The position numbers and the translations under genes are program-made. Below, one piece after another: positions 20,057 through 28,528 of a stretch of 64,000 bases of DNA. The stretch lies in contig JADYYY010000011.1 in NCBI GenBank assembly GCA_020853395.1, positions 362,166 through 426,165 of the forward strand, read 5' to 3'. The notes below the pieces were generated by a model. That model ran no database searches, had not been told where the DNA came from, and worked only from the letters and a program-made list of their open reading frames with translations. Source of the stretch: Acidobacteriota bacterium (GTDB lineage: Bacteria > Acidobacteriota > Vicinamibacteria > Vicinamibacterales > SCN-69-37). Each line of letters starts with the position of its first letter. Within the stretch, counting starts at the first letter, position 1.

Positions 20057-21735
20057 GTCTGCAGCGTTCTCGAAAGGAACTGATCGCGGCAGACGTGCCG
20101 CTGGATCTTGCCGCTCGACGTACGCGGCAGCGTGCCGGGCCTGATCGGCAGGACGAGGTGCGGCTGGACGTCGTGGTGCTCGGCGACCCGGCGCCGGACG
20201 ACGGCTTCGAGCGCGGCGGTACCGGCGCGCCCGGCACTGCGCGCGACCTCCAGCACGATCACCACGCGCTCCACGTCGTCGACGTCCACCGGGAAGGCGG
20301 CGCACCCGTGCGTCCGGATCGCCGGATCGCACGCTTCGACCGTGTGCTCGATGTCGGCGGGATGATGGTTGCGGCCCGAGACGATGATGATGTCCTTCAC
20401 GCGGCCCGCGACGAACAGCTCGCCGTCGTGCACGAACCCGAGATCGCCCGTGCGCAGGAAGTGGCCGCCGGCATCGCCGGCCGCGCATGCCCGGAACGTG
20501 TCGCCGGACTCGCGCGGACGGCTCCAGTAGCCCGCGGCGACGTGCGGGCCGGCGACCCAGATTTCACCCACCCGATCGGGACCGCACGGTTGTGCGGTGG
20601 CGGGATCGACGATCGCGATGCGGCCGTCGCCGTAGGGCGTGCCGCAGCCGACGAGCGTGCGGGCCGGCGCGTCGCCGGCCGCGATGCGCACGCACCCGTG
20701 CGCGAGCGCGTCCGCGTCGAATGCGCGGGTGGTGACGGCGGCGTCGTGCCGGCAGCCCGCGGCCATGAGCGTCGCCTCCGCCAGCCCGTAGCACGGGCGC
20801 AGCGCCTGGCGGGAGAAACCTACCGGCGCGAAGCAGGTCGCGAACCGTTCGAGCGTGCGCGCGCGCACCGGCTCGGCTCCAACGTACGCGCGCAGCCAAT
20901 GGCTCAGGTCGAGGTCCGACATCTGCTCGGTCGTCACGCGCTCCGCGCAGAGGTCGTACGCGAACGTGGGCCCTCCGGACACCGCGGCGCGATAGCGCGA
21001 GATCGCTCGCAGCCATCGCACCGGCTTCATGAGGAAGGCTTCGGGCGGCATCAGCACGGACAGGTTGCCGGTGTACACGCCGCGCAGAGCGCCGGCCACG
21101 AGGCCCATGTCGTGAAAGGGCGGCAGCCAGCTCACGTGCGGGCTGGCTGCCGGCAGGTGCATGAACTGCTCCATCATCTGGAGGTTGGCCAGGAGACTGG
21201 CGTGCGTCACCATCACGCCCTTGGGCAGCGACGTCGACCCCGAGGTGTACTGCAGCAGCGCGACACCGTCGGAGGCGAGCGAGGGCGGCACCCACGCGGC
21301 GCCATCCGCGTCGAGCGTCCCGACCGGCAGCCAAGTCACCTCGGGCATCGCCGCTTCCAGCGCGGCGCGGTACCGATCCAGCACGGAGGTGACGCAGAGC
21401 GCGTAGCGCGGCGACGCGTCGCGTGCGATGCCGTGCAGCCGATCGACGTGGCGAGGCGCACGCGGTACCGGCACGGGCACGGCGATCGCGCCCGCGTAGA
21501 AGCAGCCGAACAGCGCGGCGACGAAGTCCAGGCCCGGCGGGCACAAGAGCAGGACGCGCTCGTCGCGCGCGCGGCGGCCGTGCAGGGCTGCCGCGATCTG
21601 CCGGGCCCGGGCATCCATGGCCCCGAAGCTGGCGGCGTCTTCGCGCTCGCCGTCCGGGAGGAAGACGAAGGCGCGCGCATCGCCGCGCTCGTCGGCGCGG
21701 GCTCTGACTAGGTCCGCGAACGTTCGCGCCTGCAT
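20041..21735 (-). CDS. fatty acyl-AMP ligase (FAAL-type adenylating enzyme)
   Basis: I trimmed track ORF 20041..22278 to the ATG at 21735 (MQARTFADLV). LQYTSGSTSLPKGVMVTHASLLANL, YGLAEATL, TGDLGF and SSGKIQR are present, with length and order typical of FadD32-like FAALs. The stop overlaps the T-C start by 16 nt. Confidence 0.9.
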   Translation of the reverse strand: MQARTFADLVRARADERGDARAFVFLPDGEREDAASFGAMDARARQIAAALHGRRARDERVLLLCPPGLDFVAALFGCFYAGAIAVPVPVPRAPRHVDRLHGIARDASPRYALCVTSVLDRYRAALEAAMPEVTWLPVGTLDADGAAWVPPSLASDGVALLQYTSGSTSLPKGVMVTHASLLANLQMMEQFMHLPAASPHVSWLPPFHDMGLVAGALRGVYTGNLSVLMPPEAFLMKPVRWLRAISRYRAAVSGGPTFAYDLCAERVTTEQMSDLDLSHWLRAYVGAEPVRARTLERFATCFAPVGFSRQALRPCYGLAEATLMAAGCRHDAAVTTRAFDADALAHGCVRIAAGDAPARTLVGCGTPYGDGRIAIVDPATAQPCGPDRVGEIWVAGPHVAAGYWSRPRESGDTFRACAAGDAGGHFLRTGDLGFVHDGELFVAGRVKDIIIVSGRNHHPADIEHTVEACDPAIRTHGCAAFPVDVDDVERVVIVLEVARSAGRAGTAALEAVVRRRVAEHHDVQPHLVLPIRPGTLPRTSSGKIQRHVCRDQFLSRTLQTWTTD

Positions 21736-23048
21736 CAGCCCACCGCCGTCGAGTCGTCGCGCGCGACGGCCGTTACGAGGAATCCGTGTTTCTGCCGCAG
21801 GGTGATCGCCGGATCCGGCTCCGGCTCGACCGCCCCGGCCGGCCGAATCCGCACGCGCTGCAGGACGATGGCGAGGATCAACTGCGCCTCGAGCAGGGCG
21901 AACGACTGGCCGATGCAGAGGTGGCGTCCGCCGCCGAACGGGAAGTACGCGTAGTGGTGCCGCGACGCCGCTCGTACGAACCGCTCCGGGTCGAAGCGGT
22001 CCGGGTCCGGCCAGAACGCCGCGTGCCGATGCGTCGTCCAGGCGCAGAGCAGCACGAGACCGCCGCGGGGGATCGGCACGCCGGCGATCTGCTGCGGCGA
22101 AACCGCCTGCCGCATCGTGAACGTCACCGGCGGATAGAGCCGCAGCACTTCCTGGATCACGCCGCGTGTGTAGTCGAGCGCCGGCATGTCTGCGGCCGTT
22201 GGCGTGCGGGCGCCGAGCCGCTCGTCGAGCTCCACGATCACCTGGCGTTCGACGTCGGGATGCCGGGTGAGCACCCACCAGAGCCAGGCGAGCGCCACGG
22301 CGGTCGTCTCGTGGCCGGCGATCAACATGGTGAGGATCTCGTCCCGGATGTCCGCGTGGTCGAGCGGCCGCCCGGTCGCATCGTCGGCCGTCTCGATCAG
22401 GGCCGTGAGCAAGTCCGCGGGACGCGACTCGACGTGTCGTCGATCGGCGATCAGCCGATCGACGTAGGCGTGCAGCGCGGCGAGCGCCGACCGGAACTCC
22501 GCCTGGCGCTGCGGCGTGAAGACGGGCGGCGCGACGTTGAAGGCGCCGCGCGCGATCGCGCTGACCTCGTCGATGACGCGGCTGAACGCCTCGTCGAAGC
22601 GCGCGGCGTCCTCGCCGAGGTCCACGCCGAAGAGCGCGCTCACCACGATCTCGAGCGTGAGACGCCGCATCTCGATCGCGACGTCGAAGGGCTCACCCGT
22701 ACGCATCGGCCCGCGCGCCCACCGATCCAAGAGCGCCAGCGTGTGGCGCACCACCGCGTCGCCGTAGCTGGCGACGCGGTGCTCGCCGAACGACGGCTGG
22801 ATGATCCGCCGGCGCCGCCGCCACACGTCGCCGTCGCTCGCCAAGAGACCGTTCCCCAGCACCATCCGGAAGAGCGCCGTCCGGATGAACTCGGGGTTCT
22901 GCAGCACCGCCTGCACGTGATCGGGATGGTTGAAGAAGTGGACGGGGCCGCGCGCGTTGTCGAAGCGCGCGATGTCGCCCTGCGTGCGCACCAGCTCTTC
23001 GACGAATGGCAGCGCGGAGGGCGGGGAAGGGTCGGTCCGGAGGCTCAA
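21735..23048 (-). CDS. cytochrome P450
   Basis: The heme loop is FPFGGGRHLCIGQSFA, with AGHETT (I-helix) and EVLRLYPP (ExxR). The start as given is TTG and is uncertain. The stop overlaps the FAAL ATG by 1 nt (TGATG). Confidence 0.9.
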   Translation of the reverse strand: MSLRTDPSPPSALPFVEELVRTQGDIARFDNARGPVHFFNHPDHVQAVLQNPEFIRTALFRMVLGNGLLASDGDVWRRRRRIIQPSFGEHRVASYGDAVVRHTLALLDRWARGPMRTGEPFDVAIEMRRLTLEIVVSALFGVDLGEDAARFDEAFSRVIDEVSAIARGAFNVAPPVFTPQRQAEFRSALAALHAYVDRLIADRRHVESRPADLLTALIETADDATGRPLDHADIRDEILTMLIAGHETTAVALAWLWWVLTRHPDVERQVIVELDERLGARTPTAADMPALDYTRGVIQEVLRLYPPVTFTMRQAVSPQQIAGVPIPRGGLVLLCAWTTHRHAAFWPDPDRFDPERFVRAASRHHYAYFPFGGGRHLCIGQSFALLEAQLILAIVLQRVRIRPAGAVEPEPDPAITLRQKHGFLVTAVARDDSTAVG

Positions 23049-23097
23049 AGCGTCGTGTATCGCGCCGGGGCGCCCTAGGATACCCCGGCCCGGCGCG

Positions 23098-24225
23098 TCA
23101 TCCGCCGGCGATCGTGGCGATGTCGGCGTCCGACAGCCCGCACGCGGCCAGAGAGGCGGGCCGGTAGGCAGGCGTGGGGTGCCTGGAAAGCCAAGCCCGT
23201 GCGGCCTGCTCGGCGGAGGCGGCCCACGGCAGCGCCAGCGTTGCGTGCAGCCGCCGGAGAACGCCGATCGGATCGGCGACGAGATCGTCGTAGTCCACGT
23301 CGATCAGGTGGCCAGGCGCGAACCGCACCGCGGCCGTGCTCGCTCGCCGAAGCGCCGCGCCCGCCATGCGGACGCATTCGGGGCCCACGGCGAGCGGATC
23401 GACCGCGTCGCTGTCGCCCGATCTCAGCAGATGGCACAGACGGGCGTACGACGCGATCGTGTCCGGCATCGCACGCCGAAGACGGAGCACGCGCACGTCT
23501 GGCCACACCGCCAGGACGGTCTCGAGATGCCAGAAATGGCTCGGGTCCTTGAGGAGGAGCGGCCGGGCGTCGCCGCCAGTGATCGCCTGGAGCGTGCGGG
23601 CGAGCTGCCGGTAGGCCGGCGTGAGGTCCGCGTGCATCTGCCACTCGAAGTACGAGGGCACGTGGTAGCGCGTGAACCAGGACGGCGCCGAGAACGTGTG
23701 TCCGAGCAGCAGGCTGCACTCGTCGGGATCGGTCGCGGCCATCGAATGCGCCGACCGCAGCGCCGGGAGCCGCGCGTAAACCGCGTCGATCTCCTGCTGC
23801 ACGGCCGCAATCTGACGCGCCCGCCCTGCGGCATCTTCCGGCGGCGTGGCGGCCCGGAGCATCTCCCATCGACGGACGGCCCGCACCTCGGGATTGCACG
23901 CGATGAGGTGCTGGAGAAGCGTCGTGCCGCTTCGCGGGAGGCCGGTGACGAGGATTGGGCTCGCGGTCGAGCTCGCACGATCCGCCTCGCCGTCGTGCGG
24001 CCGGACGAACCGCCAGCCAGCCACCGCGCAGCGGACGAGCTCCGCGGCGATTCGCCGTTCGCCCGCCGCGTGCAGCCGGGCGTCGTCTCTGAGCGATGTC
24101 ACGAAGGCGTCCAGCGCCGCGACATGAGGCGTCGCCGACACGTCGGTGCCCGCCAGCCGGCTGGCCGTTTCGAGGATGCGCCGCCGATCGAGCACGCCGG
24201 CTTCGAGCGCGGCGCCGCGCGTCAC
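23098..24225 (-). CDS. sulfotransferase family protein (PAPS-dependent type)
   Basis: This is the lower part of track ORF 23098..25548. I propose a GTG start at 24225 that overlaps the upstream stop (GTGA). The 5'-PSB-like motif is ILVTGLPRSGTTLLQHL. An Arg/Ser-rich 3'-PB-like region follows (RVLRLRRAMPDTIASY). Confidence 0.75.
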   Translation of the reverse strand: MTRGAALEAGVLDRRRILETASRLAGTDVSATPHVAALDAFVTSLRDDARLHAAGERRIAAELVRCAVAGWRFVRPHDGEADRASSTASPILVTGLPRSGTTLLQHLIACNPEVRAVRRWEMLRAATPPEDAAGRARQIAAVQQEIDAVYARLPALRSAHSMAATDPDECSLLLGHTFSAPSWFTRYHVPSYFEWQMHADLTPAYRQLARTLQAITGGDARPLLLKDPSHFWHLETVLAVWPDVRVLRLRRAMPDTIASYARLCHLLRSGDSDAVDPLAVGPECVRMAGAALRRASTAAVRFAPGHLIDVDYDDLVADPIGVLRRLHATLALPWAASAEQAARAWLSRHPTPAYRPASLAACGLSDADIATIAGG

Positions 24226-25454
24226 GGAAGATCGCGCAGCACGCGCAGCAGGTGGTCCACTTCGTCGGCCGTGTTGTAGTGGAGCAGGCCGATGCGGACG
24301 AGCCCGTCGGGCTCGACGCCGAGCACCTCGGTGAGCGGCAGCGCGTAGAAGTTGCCGCTCCACACGTAGACGCCGGCCTCGGCGAGCGTCCGCGCCACGT
24401 CGCCGGGCCGCATCGTGCGATGGCTGATCGCGAACGTCGGCACGCGCTCGTCGAACCTGGCCACGTCGGTGATGCCCCACGATCGAATCTGCGGCAGCGC
24501 GTCGAGGCCGTGCTGGAGGCGCTCGCCGAGCGCGCGTTCGTGCGCGACGATGGCGGCGAACGCCGCGTCGAGCGCCTCCGGGCGCGTGCGGGCGTCGTCT
24601 TCGCCGCGGCCGAGGCTCGCGATGTAGTCGATCGCGGCGAGCGTTCCGGCGATGCCTTCCGCGTTCGGCGTGCCGGTCATCCATCGCCCCGGCATCAGCT
24701 CCGGCGCGGGCCGTACCTTGTACGTCGGCAGCGTCTCGAGCAGATCGCGCCGGCCCCACATCAGCCCCACGTGCGGACCGAAGAACTTGTAGGCCGAGCA
24801 CACGAGCAGGTCGCAGCCCCACGCGGCGACGTCGATCCGCCGGTGCGGCGCGTAGTGGACGGCGTCGCAGAAGACCAGTGCGCCGGCGGCGTGCGCGAGC
24901 TCGGCGATCGTGCCGATCGGATTGACGGTGCCGACCGCGTTCGACGCGGCGCCCACCGCCACGAGCCGCGTGCGCGAAGACAGCTTCGACGCGAGGTCGC
25001 CGACGTCCAGCGTGCAGTCGGGGCGGATCGCCGCGTGTCGCACCTCCACGCCGGCCTCCTCGGCCGCGCGCGTCCACGGCGTGACGTTCGCGTCGTGGTC
25101 GAGCCGGGTGACGACGATGTTGTCGCCGGCGGTCCAGGTGCGGGCGAGCGCGCGGCTCAGCGCGAACGTCAGCGTCGTCATGTTGGCGCCGAAACAACAG
25201 CCGTCGGGGTCCGGCGCGCCCACGAAGTCCGCCGCCGCGCGGCGCGCCTCGGCGAGCATCGCGTCGCTCTCGCGGCTGGTGGCGAAGGCGCCGCCGTGGT
25301 TCGCGTTCGTCGTGGCGAGATAACGGCTCACGGCGTCGATCACGGTGCGCGGCACCTGGCTGCCCGCGGGGCCGTCGAAGAACACCGCCTCGCGGCCGGC
25401 GTCGCGCCGGCGAAGGGCTGGAAACTGCGCGCGCACGGCGCCGAGGTCGAGCAT
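24222..25454 (-). CDS. class-V aminotransferase-fold PLP enzyme (cysteine desulfurase-like family)
   Basis: The protein is 410 aa. The PLP-lysine context is LLVCSAYKFFGPHVG, with HDANV and the GTVNPI pattern of the NifS/CsdA-like fold. It resembles the uncharacterised VC1184-type subfamily (from memory). Confidence 0.85.
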   Translation of the reverse strand: MLDLGAVRAQFPALRRRDAGREAVFFDGPAGSQVPRTVIDAVSRYLATTNANHGGAFATSRESDAMLAEARRAAADFVGAPDPDGCCFGANMTTLTFALSRALARTWTAGDNIVVTRLDHDANVTPWTRAAEEAGVEVRHAAIRPDCTLDVGDLASKLSSRTRLVAVGAASNAVGTVNPIGTIAELAHAAGALVFCDAVHYAPHRRIDVAAWGCDLLVCSAYKFFGPHVGLMWGRRDLLETLPTYKVRPAPELMPGRWMTGTPNAEGIAGTLAAIDYIASLGRGEDDARTRPEALDAAFAAIVAHERALGERLQHGLDALPQIRSWGITDVARFDERVPTFAISHRTMRPGDVARTLAEAGVYVWSGNFYALPLTEVLGVEPDGLVRIGLLHYNTADEVDHLLRVLRDLP

Positions 25455-26332
25455 CAGCGCTTGAGGCCGCCCATGGCGTCGGACGTCTCGACGCCGAACT
25501 GGCGGAAGCGCCCGTACGTGGCGAGGCCGGACGTCTTCCGGCCGCCACGTTCGAGATACTCCTCCCGCATCTCGACCGGAATCGCCACGCCGAACTCCGA
25601 ATCGTGGCGGTAGCGCGTCGTCATCACCGCGCGAATGGATGCGGGGTCGTCGATCCAGAGCTCGGTGCGCATGACGACGCCGTCGGCTTGCAGCCAGACC
25701 TGCCCCGACATCGGCATGTCGCGGCCGCCAGGGCCCGTGATGATCGTCGGGTGCGCGTGCTCCCTGTAGTCGATGCGAAACACCGGCGTCTCCTCCACCG
25801 GCTCCGCCTTCACGCCGGAGAACTCGAAGCGCGCGTGGTTCGCCCCGCGCAGAATCTGCAGCGCCAGGATCGGCAGGTTCATCGTCCGCGACACGCCGAT
25901 GTTGTAGCTCGCGCTCTGCGCGACGATCGCCTGCGCCTGGAAGAGGGCCAGCGGGTCGGGCACCGACAGCAGGCGGACGAGCCGCTGATCGTGATCGCGC
26001 ACGCGCTGGCCGTCCACCGAGTAGACGTCGCGGAACGGCAGCCAGCCGTCGCCGCTCGACAGCTTGACCATCAGGAAGTCGGAGACGAGCTCGCGGCGCC
26101 GAGTGGGCAGGCCGCGGCTGTTGCCGAGCGTCTGCACGTAGCGCTCTTCGGCCACGACGTTGGCGAAGGCGGTGTCGAACCGTTCGACGTAGTCGGCGGC
26201 CGTGCTGAGGAGCCTGTCGAGATCGTCCGGCTGCTGACGCGCGGCGATTCCGCCCGTGGCCAGCGCCGAGAGCGCGGCACCGGAGGCGATCGCGCGGGCG
26301 AGCCGAAAAGCGGGTGCCGTGCGGCTGGCCAT
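25454..26332 (-). CDS. hypothetical secreted protein (first gene of the operon)
   Basis: The ATG is at 26332. The signal-like N-terminus is MASRTAPAFRLARAIASGAALSALATGG. Composition is balanced (Y, F, K, N, I present). The stop overlaps the next ATG by 1 nt. Confidence 0.6.
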   Translation of the reverse strand: MASRTAPAFRLARAIASGAALSALATGGIAARQQPDDLDRLLSTAADYVERFDTAFANVVAEERYVQTLGNSRGLPTRRRELVSDFLMVKLSSGDGWLPFRDVYSVDGQRVRDHDQRLVRLLSVPDPLALFQAQAIVAQSASYNIGVSRTMNLPILALQILRGANHARFEFSGVKAEPVEETPVFRIDYREHAHPTIITGPGGRDMPMSGQVWLQADGVVMRTELWIDDPASIRAVMTTRYRHDSEFGVAIPVEMREEYLERGGRKTSGLATYGRFRQFGVETSDAMGGLKR

Positions 26333-26519
26333 GATCCAGGGGGTAGTCTACGACGACGACGGGCTGGTTCCTACCCGGTGTGCACGGCGAAGACCTCGCG
26401 ACTCGTGTTGTGGCGCGTTCGGCGGCGTCGCGGTGCTGGCGGCCAGGCGCGCTTCCGCCACGGGCCTCGGCTTCGGACCAAAGAGAAGTCCGGAGCTGCA
26501 GGGCCTGTGGGCCCGCCGG

Positions 26520-27119
26520 CTACGAGTCGACCTTCGTCTCGGCCGCAAGCGGTCGCGCGGCGGCCTCCGGCTCTGGCCGTGACGTCGCCCGATCGCGGGC
26601 CTCGGACGCGACCATCCGCCAGCGGATGTAAGTGCCGAATCGTCCGTCCGGACCTTGGGTATCGCGCACGAGGGCCGGGACCGCGCCCAGCTTCGCCATG
26701 GCGCCGTGGACGCGGCCGTTGTTGACGAGCGACCAGGCATCCACGGCCGGCAGCCCCATCGTCGCGAAGGCGAAGTCGAGGGTCAGGCGCGCGGCGAGCT
26801 GGAACAGCCCCGTGCCCCACCACGCCGGCCCGAGCGCGAAGCCCCAGTCCCAACCCGATTGGGAATCGCCGGGCACATGCGTATGGAGGCAGATGACGCC
26901 CGCGGCCCGGTCATACCCATCCGGGATGACGCTGAAGTACACCGCAAGCCCTTCGCACCGCCGCCGCACCGCCCAGTGGGCGAAGCGCTCGAATCCTTCG
27001 TGATCCGCAGGCGGCGCGGGGATGAACCGCGTGACCTCGGGCGTCGCCAGGTGCTCGACGAAGGCGGCCCGGTCGTCCGGGCGTACTTCGCGGAGCACGA
27101 CCCGGCTGCCCACGAGCAT
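26520..27119 (-). CDS. GNAT family N-acetyltransferase (RimJ/RimL-like)
   Basis: MLVGSRVVLREVRPDDRAAFVEHL...WDWGFALGPAWWGTGL fits the RimJ-like GNAT pattern. An alternative upstream start lies at 27179. Confidence 0.7.
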   Translation of the reverse strand: MLVGSRVVLREVRPDDRAAFVEHLATPEVTRFIPAPPADHEGFERFAHWAVRRRCEGLAVYFSVIPDGYDRAAGVICLHTHVPGDSQSGWDWGFALGPAWWGTGLFQLAARLTLDFAFATMGLPAVDAWSLVNNGRVHGAMAKLGAVPALVRDTQGPDGRFGTYIRWRMVASEARDRATSRPEPEAAARPLAAETKVDS

Positions 27120-27319
27120 CGGCGGTGCTGCCTGCCACCCGGCTGCGGCTCCGGTTTGCACGTTCGGTCGCCCCTCCAACGCGAGGCCGACCCTGCAACG
27201 CGAGTGCCGCTTCGCGGGAGATTCAGCCGGGGTGCCCTGGTAGGACCGAAAAAGCCGCGAGCTCGCGTGCGGGAACCGTGCGACCCCGTATACTGACGGC
27301 TCACCGGAGCATCGCCCCT

Positions 27320-28528
27320 ATGGACAACCTGTCCCGCCGGGATCTCGCGCGGGTGGCCGCCGGGCTCGCTGCCGGCGCGGCACTGCCCTCGATCGCCGAG
27401 CCGGCCGGCGCCCAGGCGTCGTCCGCCGCACCGTCCCCGACGAATGGCTACATCGGACCGCTCACGGGTGTGACGGCGACGGCGATCGCCGGTCGGGTGT
27501 TCGATCCGGTTGCCTATTCGCGAGGGCTGCTCGCGGCCGCGCCGCGTGCGTTGCGGTTCCAGGCGTCGACACGCCTGGAGGCCGAACGGTGGCAAGCGGC
27601 GCTCCGGACGAAGCTCGTCGAGCTGCTCGGGGGCATTCCGGCCGGCACCGTGCCGTTGCGTGCCGAGACGCTCGAGGTTCGCGAGTTTCCGCGGTACCGC
27701 CGCGAGAAGCTCGTGTTCGACTCGGCGCCTGGCGTGAGCGTCGTCGCCTACGTGCTCGCGCCTGTCGGCCGGCCGAGGCCGCTCGCGACGATGATTTGCG
27801 TGCCGGGTCATGGCCGCGGCGTCGACGATATCGTCGGCATCGACGAGGCGGGTCGGGATCGGAGCGACAAGGCGGGCTATCAGCACGATTTCGCGATCCA
27901 GGTCGTCGAGGCCGGGATGGCCGCGGTGGCGATCGAGCCGATGGGCTTCGGCGCCCGGCGCGACGAGCGCAACGCGCGCCGCGGGTTGGGGCAGAAGGCC
28001 TGCGACCCGACTGCCGGCGGTGCGCTGCTCGTGGGGCAGACGCTCCTGGGCTGGCGCGTGCGCGACGTGATGCGGACGCTCGACCTCATCGCCGAGCGTC
28101 CAGAGCTGGACGCGTCCCGCGTGGGCTGCATGGGGATCTCCGGCGGCGGCACCGTCACGCTGTTCTCGGCGGCGCTCGAGCCGCGGCTCGGGGCCGCGAT
28201 GGTGAGCGGATACCTGAACACGTTTCGCGACAGCATCGGCAGCCTCGTGCACTGCGCTGACAACTACGTTCCCGGCATCCTCGACTGGGCGGAGATGCAC
28301 GACGTCGCCGGTCTCATCGCCCCGCGGCCGCTGTTCGTCGAATCGGGGACGCGCGACGACATCTTTCCGATCGCCGCGAGCACCGAGAGCGTCGCGCGCG
28401 TGCGCGACGTCTACCGCGTGTTCGGGGCCGACGCCGCGCTCGACCACGAGATCTTCGACGGCGAACACTCGTTCTGGGGCCGGCGCGGGATTCCGTTTCT
28501 CGCCAGCCGGTTCGGGGCGGCCCGATGA
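27320..28528 (+). CDS. Tat-signal alpha/beta hydrolase (esterase-like)
   Basis: I trimmed track ORF 27125.. to the ATG at 27320 (MDNLSRRDLARVAAGLAAGAAL). The nucleophile elbow is CMGISGGG. The late Asp/His region reads ESGTRDDIFP...GEHSF. Confidence 0.7.
   Translation: MDNLSRRDLARVAAGLAAGAALPSIAEPAGAQASSAAPSPTNGYIGPLTGVTATAIAGRVFDPVAYSRGLLAAAPRALRFQASTRLEAERWQAALRTKLVELLGGIPAGTVPLRAETLEVREFPRYRREKLVFDSAPGVSVVAYVLAPVGRPRPLATMICVPGHGRGVDDIVGIDEAGRDRSDKAGYQHDFAIQVVEAGMAAVAIEPMGFGARRDERNARRGLGQKACDPTAGGALLVGQTLLGWRVRDVMRTLDLIAERPELDASRVGCMGISGGGTVTLFSAALEPRLGAAMVSGYLNTFRDSIGSLVHCADNYVPGILDWAEMHDVAGLIAPRPLFVESGTRDDIFPIAASTESVARVRDVYRVFGADAALDHEIFDGEHSFWGRRGIPFLASRFGAAR

Noticed and set aside
18416-22278. 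N-terminal extensions of the T-C (to 20488) and FAAL (to 22278) ORFs
   Set aside because: The extensions are Arg/Pro-rich and overlap the upstream genes. The internal ATGs at 20056 and 21735 coincide with the beginnings of the recognisable domains and with the stop/start coupling.
23098-25548. Track ORF of 816 aa spanning the sulfotransferase and the region of the PLP enzyme
   Set aside because: Only the C-terminal 375 codons look like protein (the sulfotransferase). The upstream part is a shadow frame of the class-V PLP gene (24222..25454), which is in another frame.
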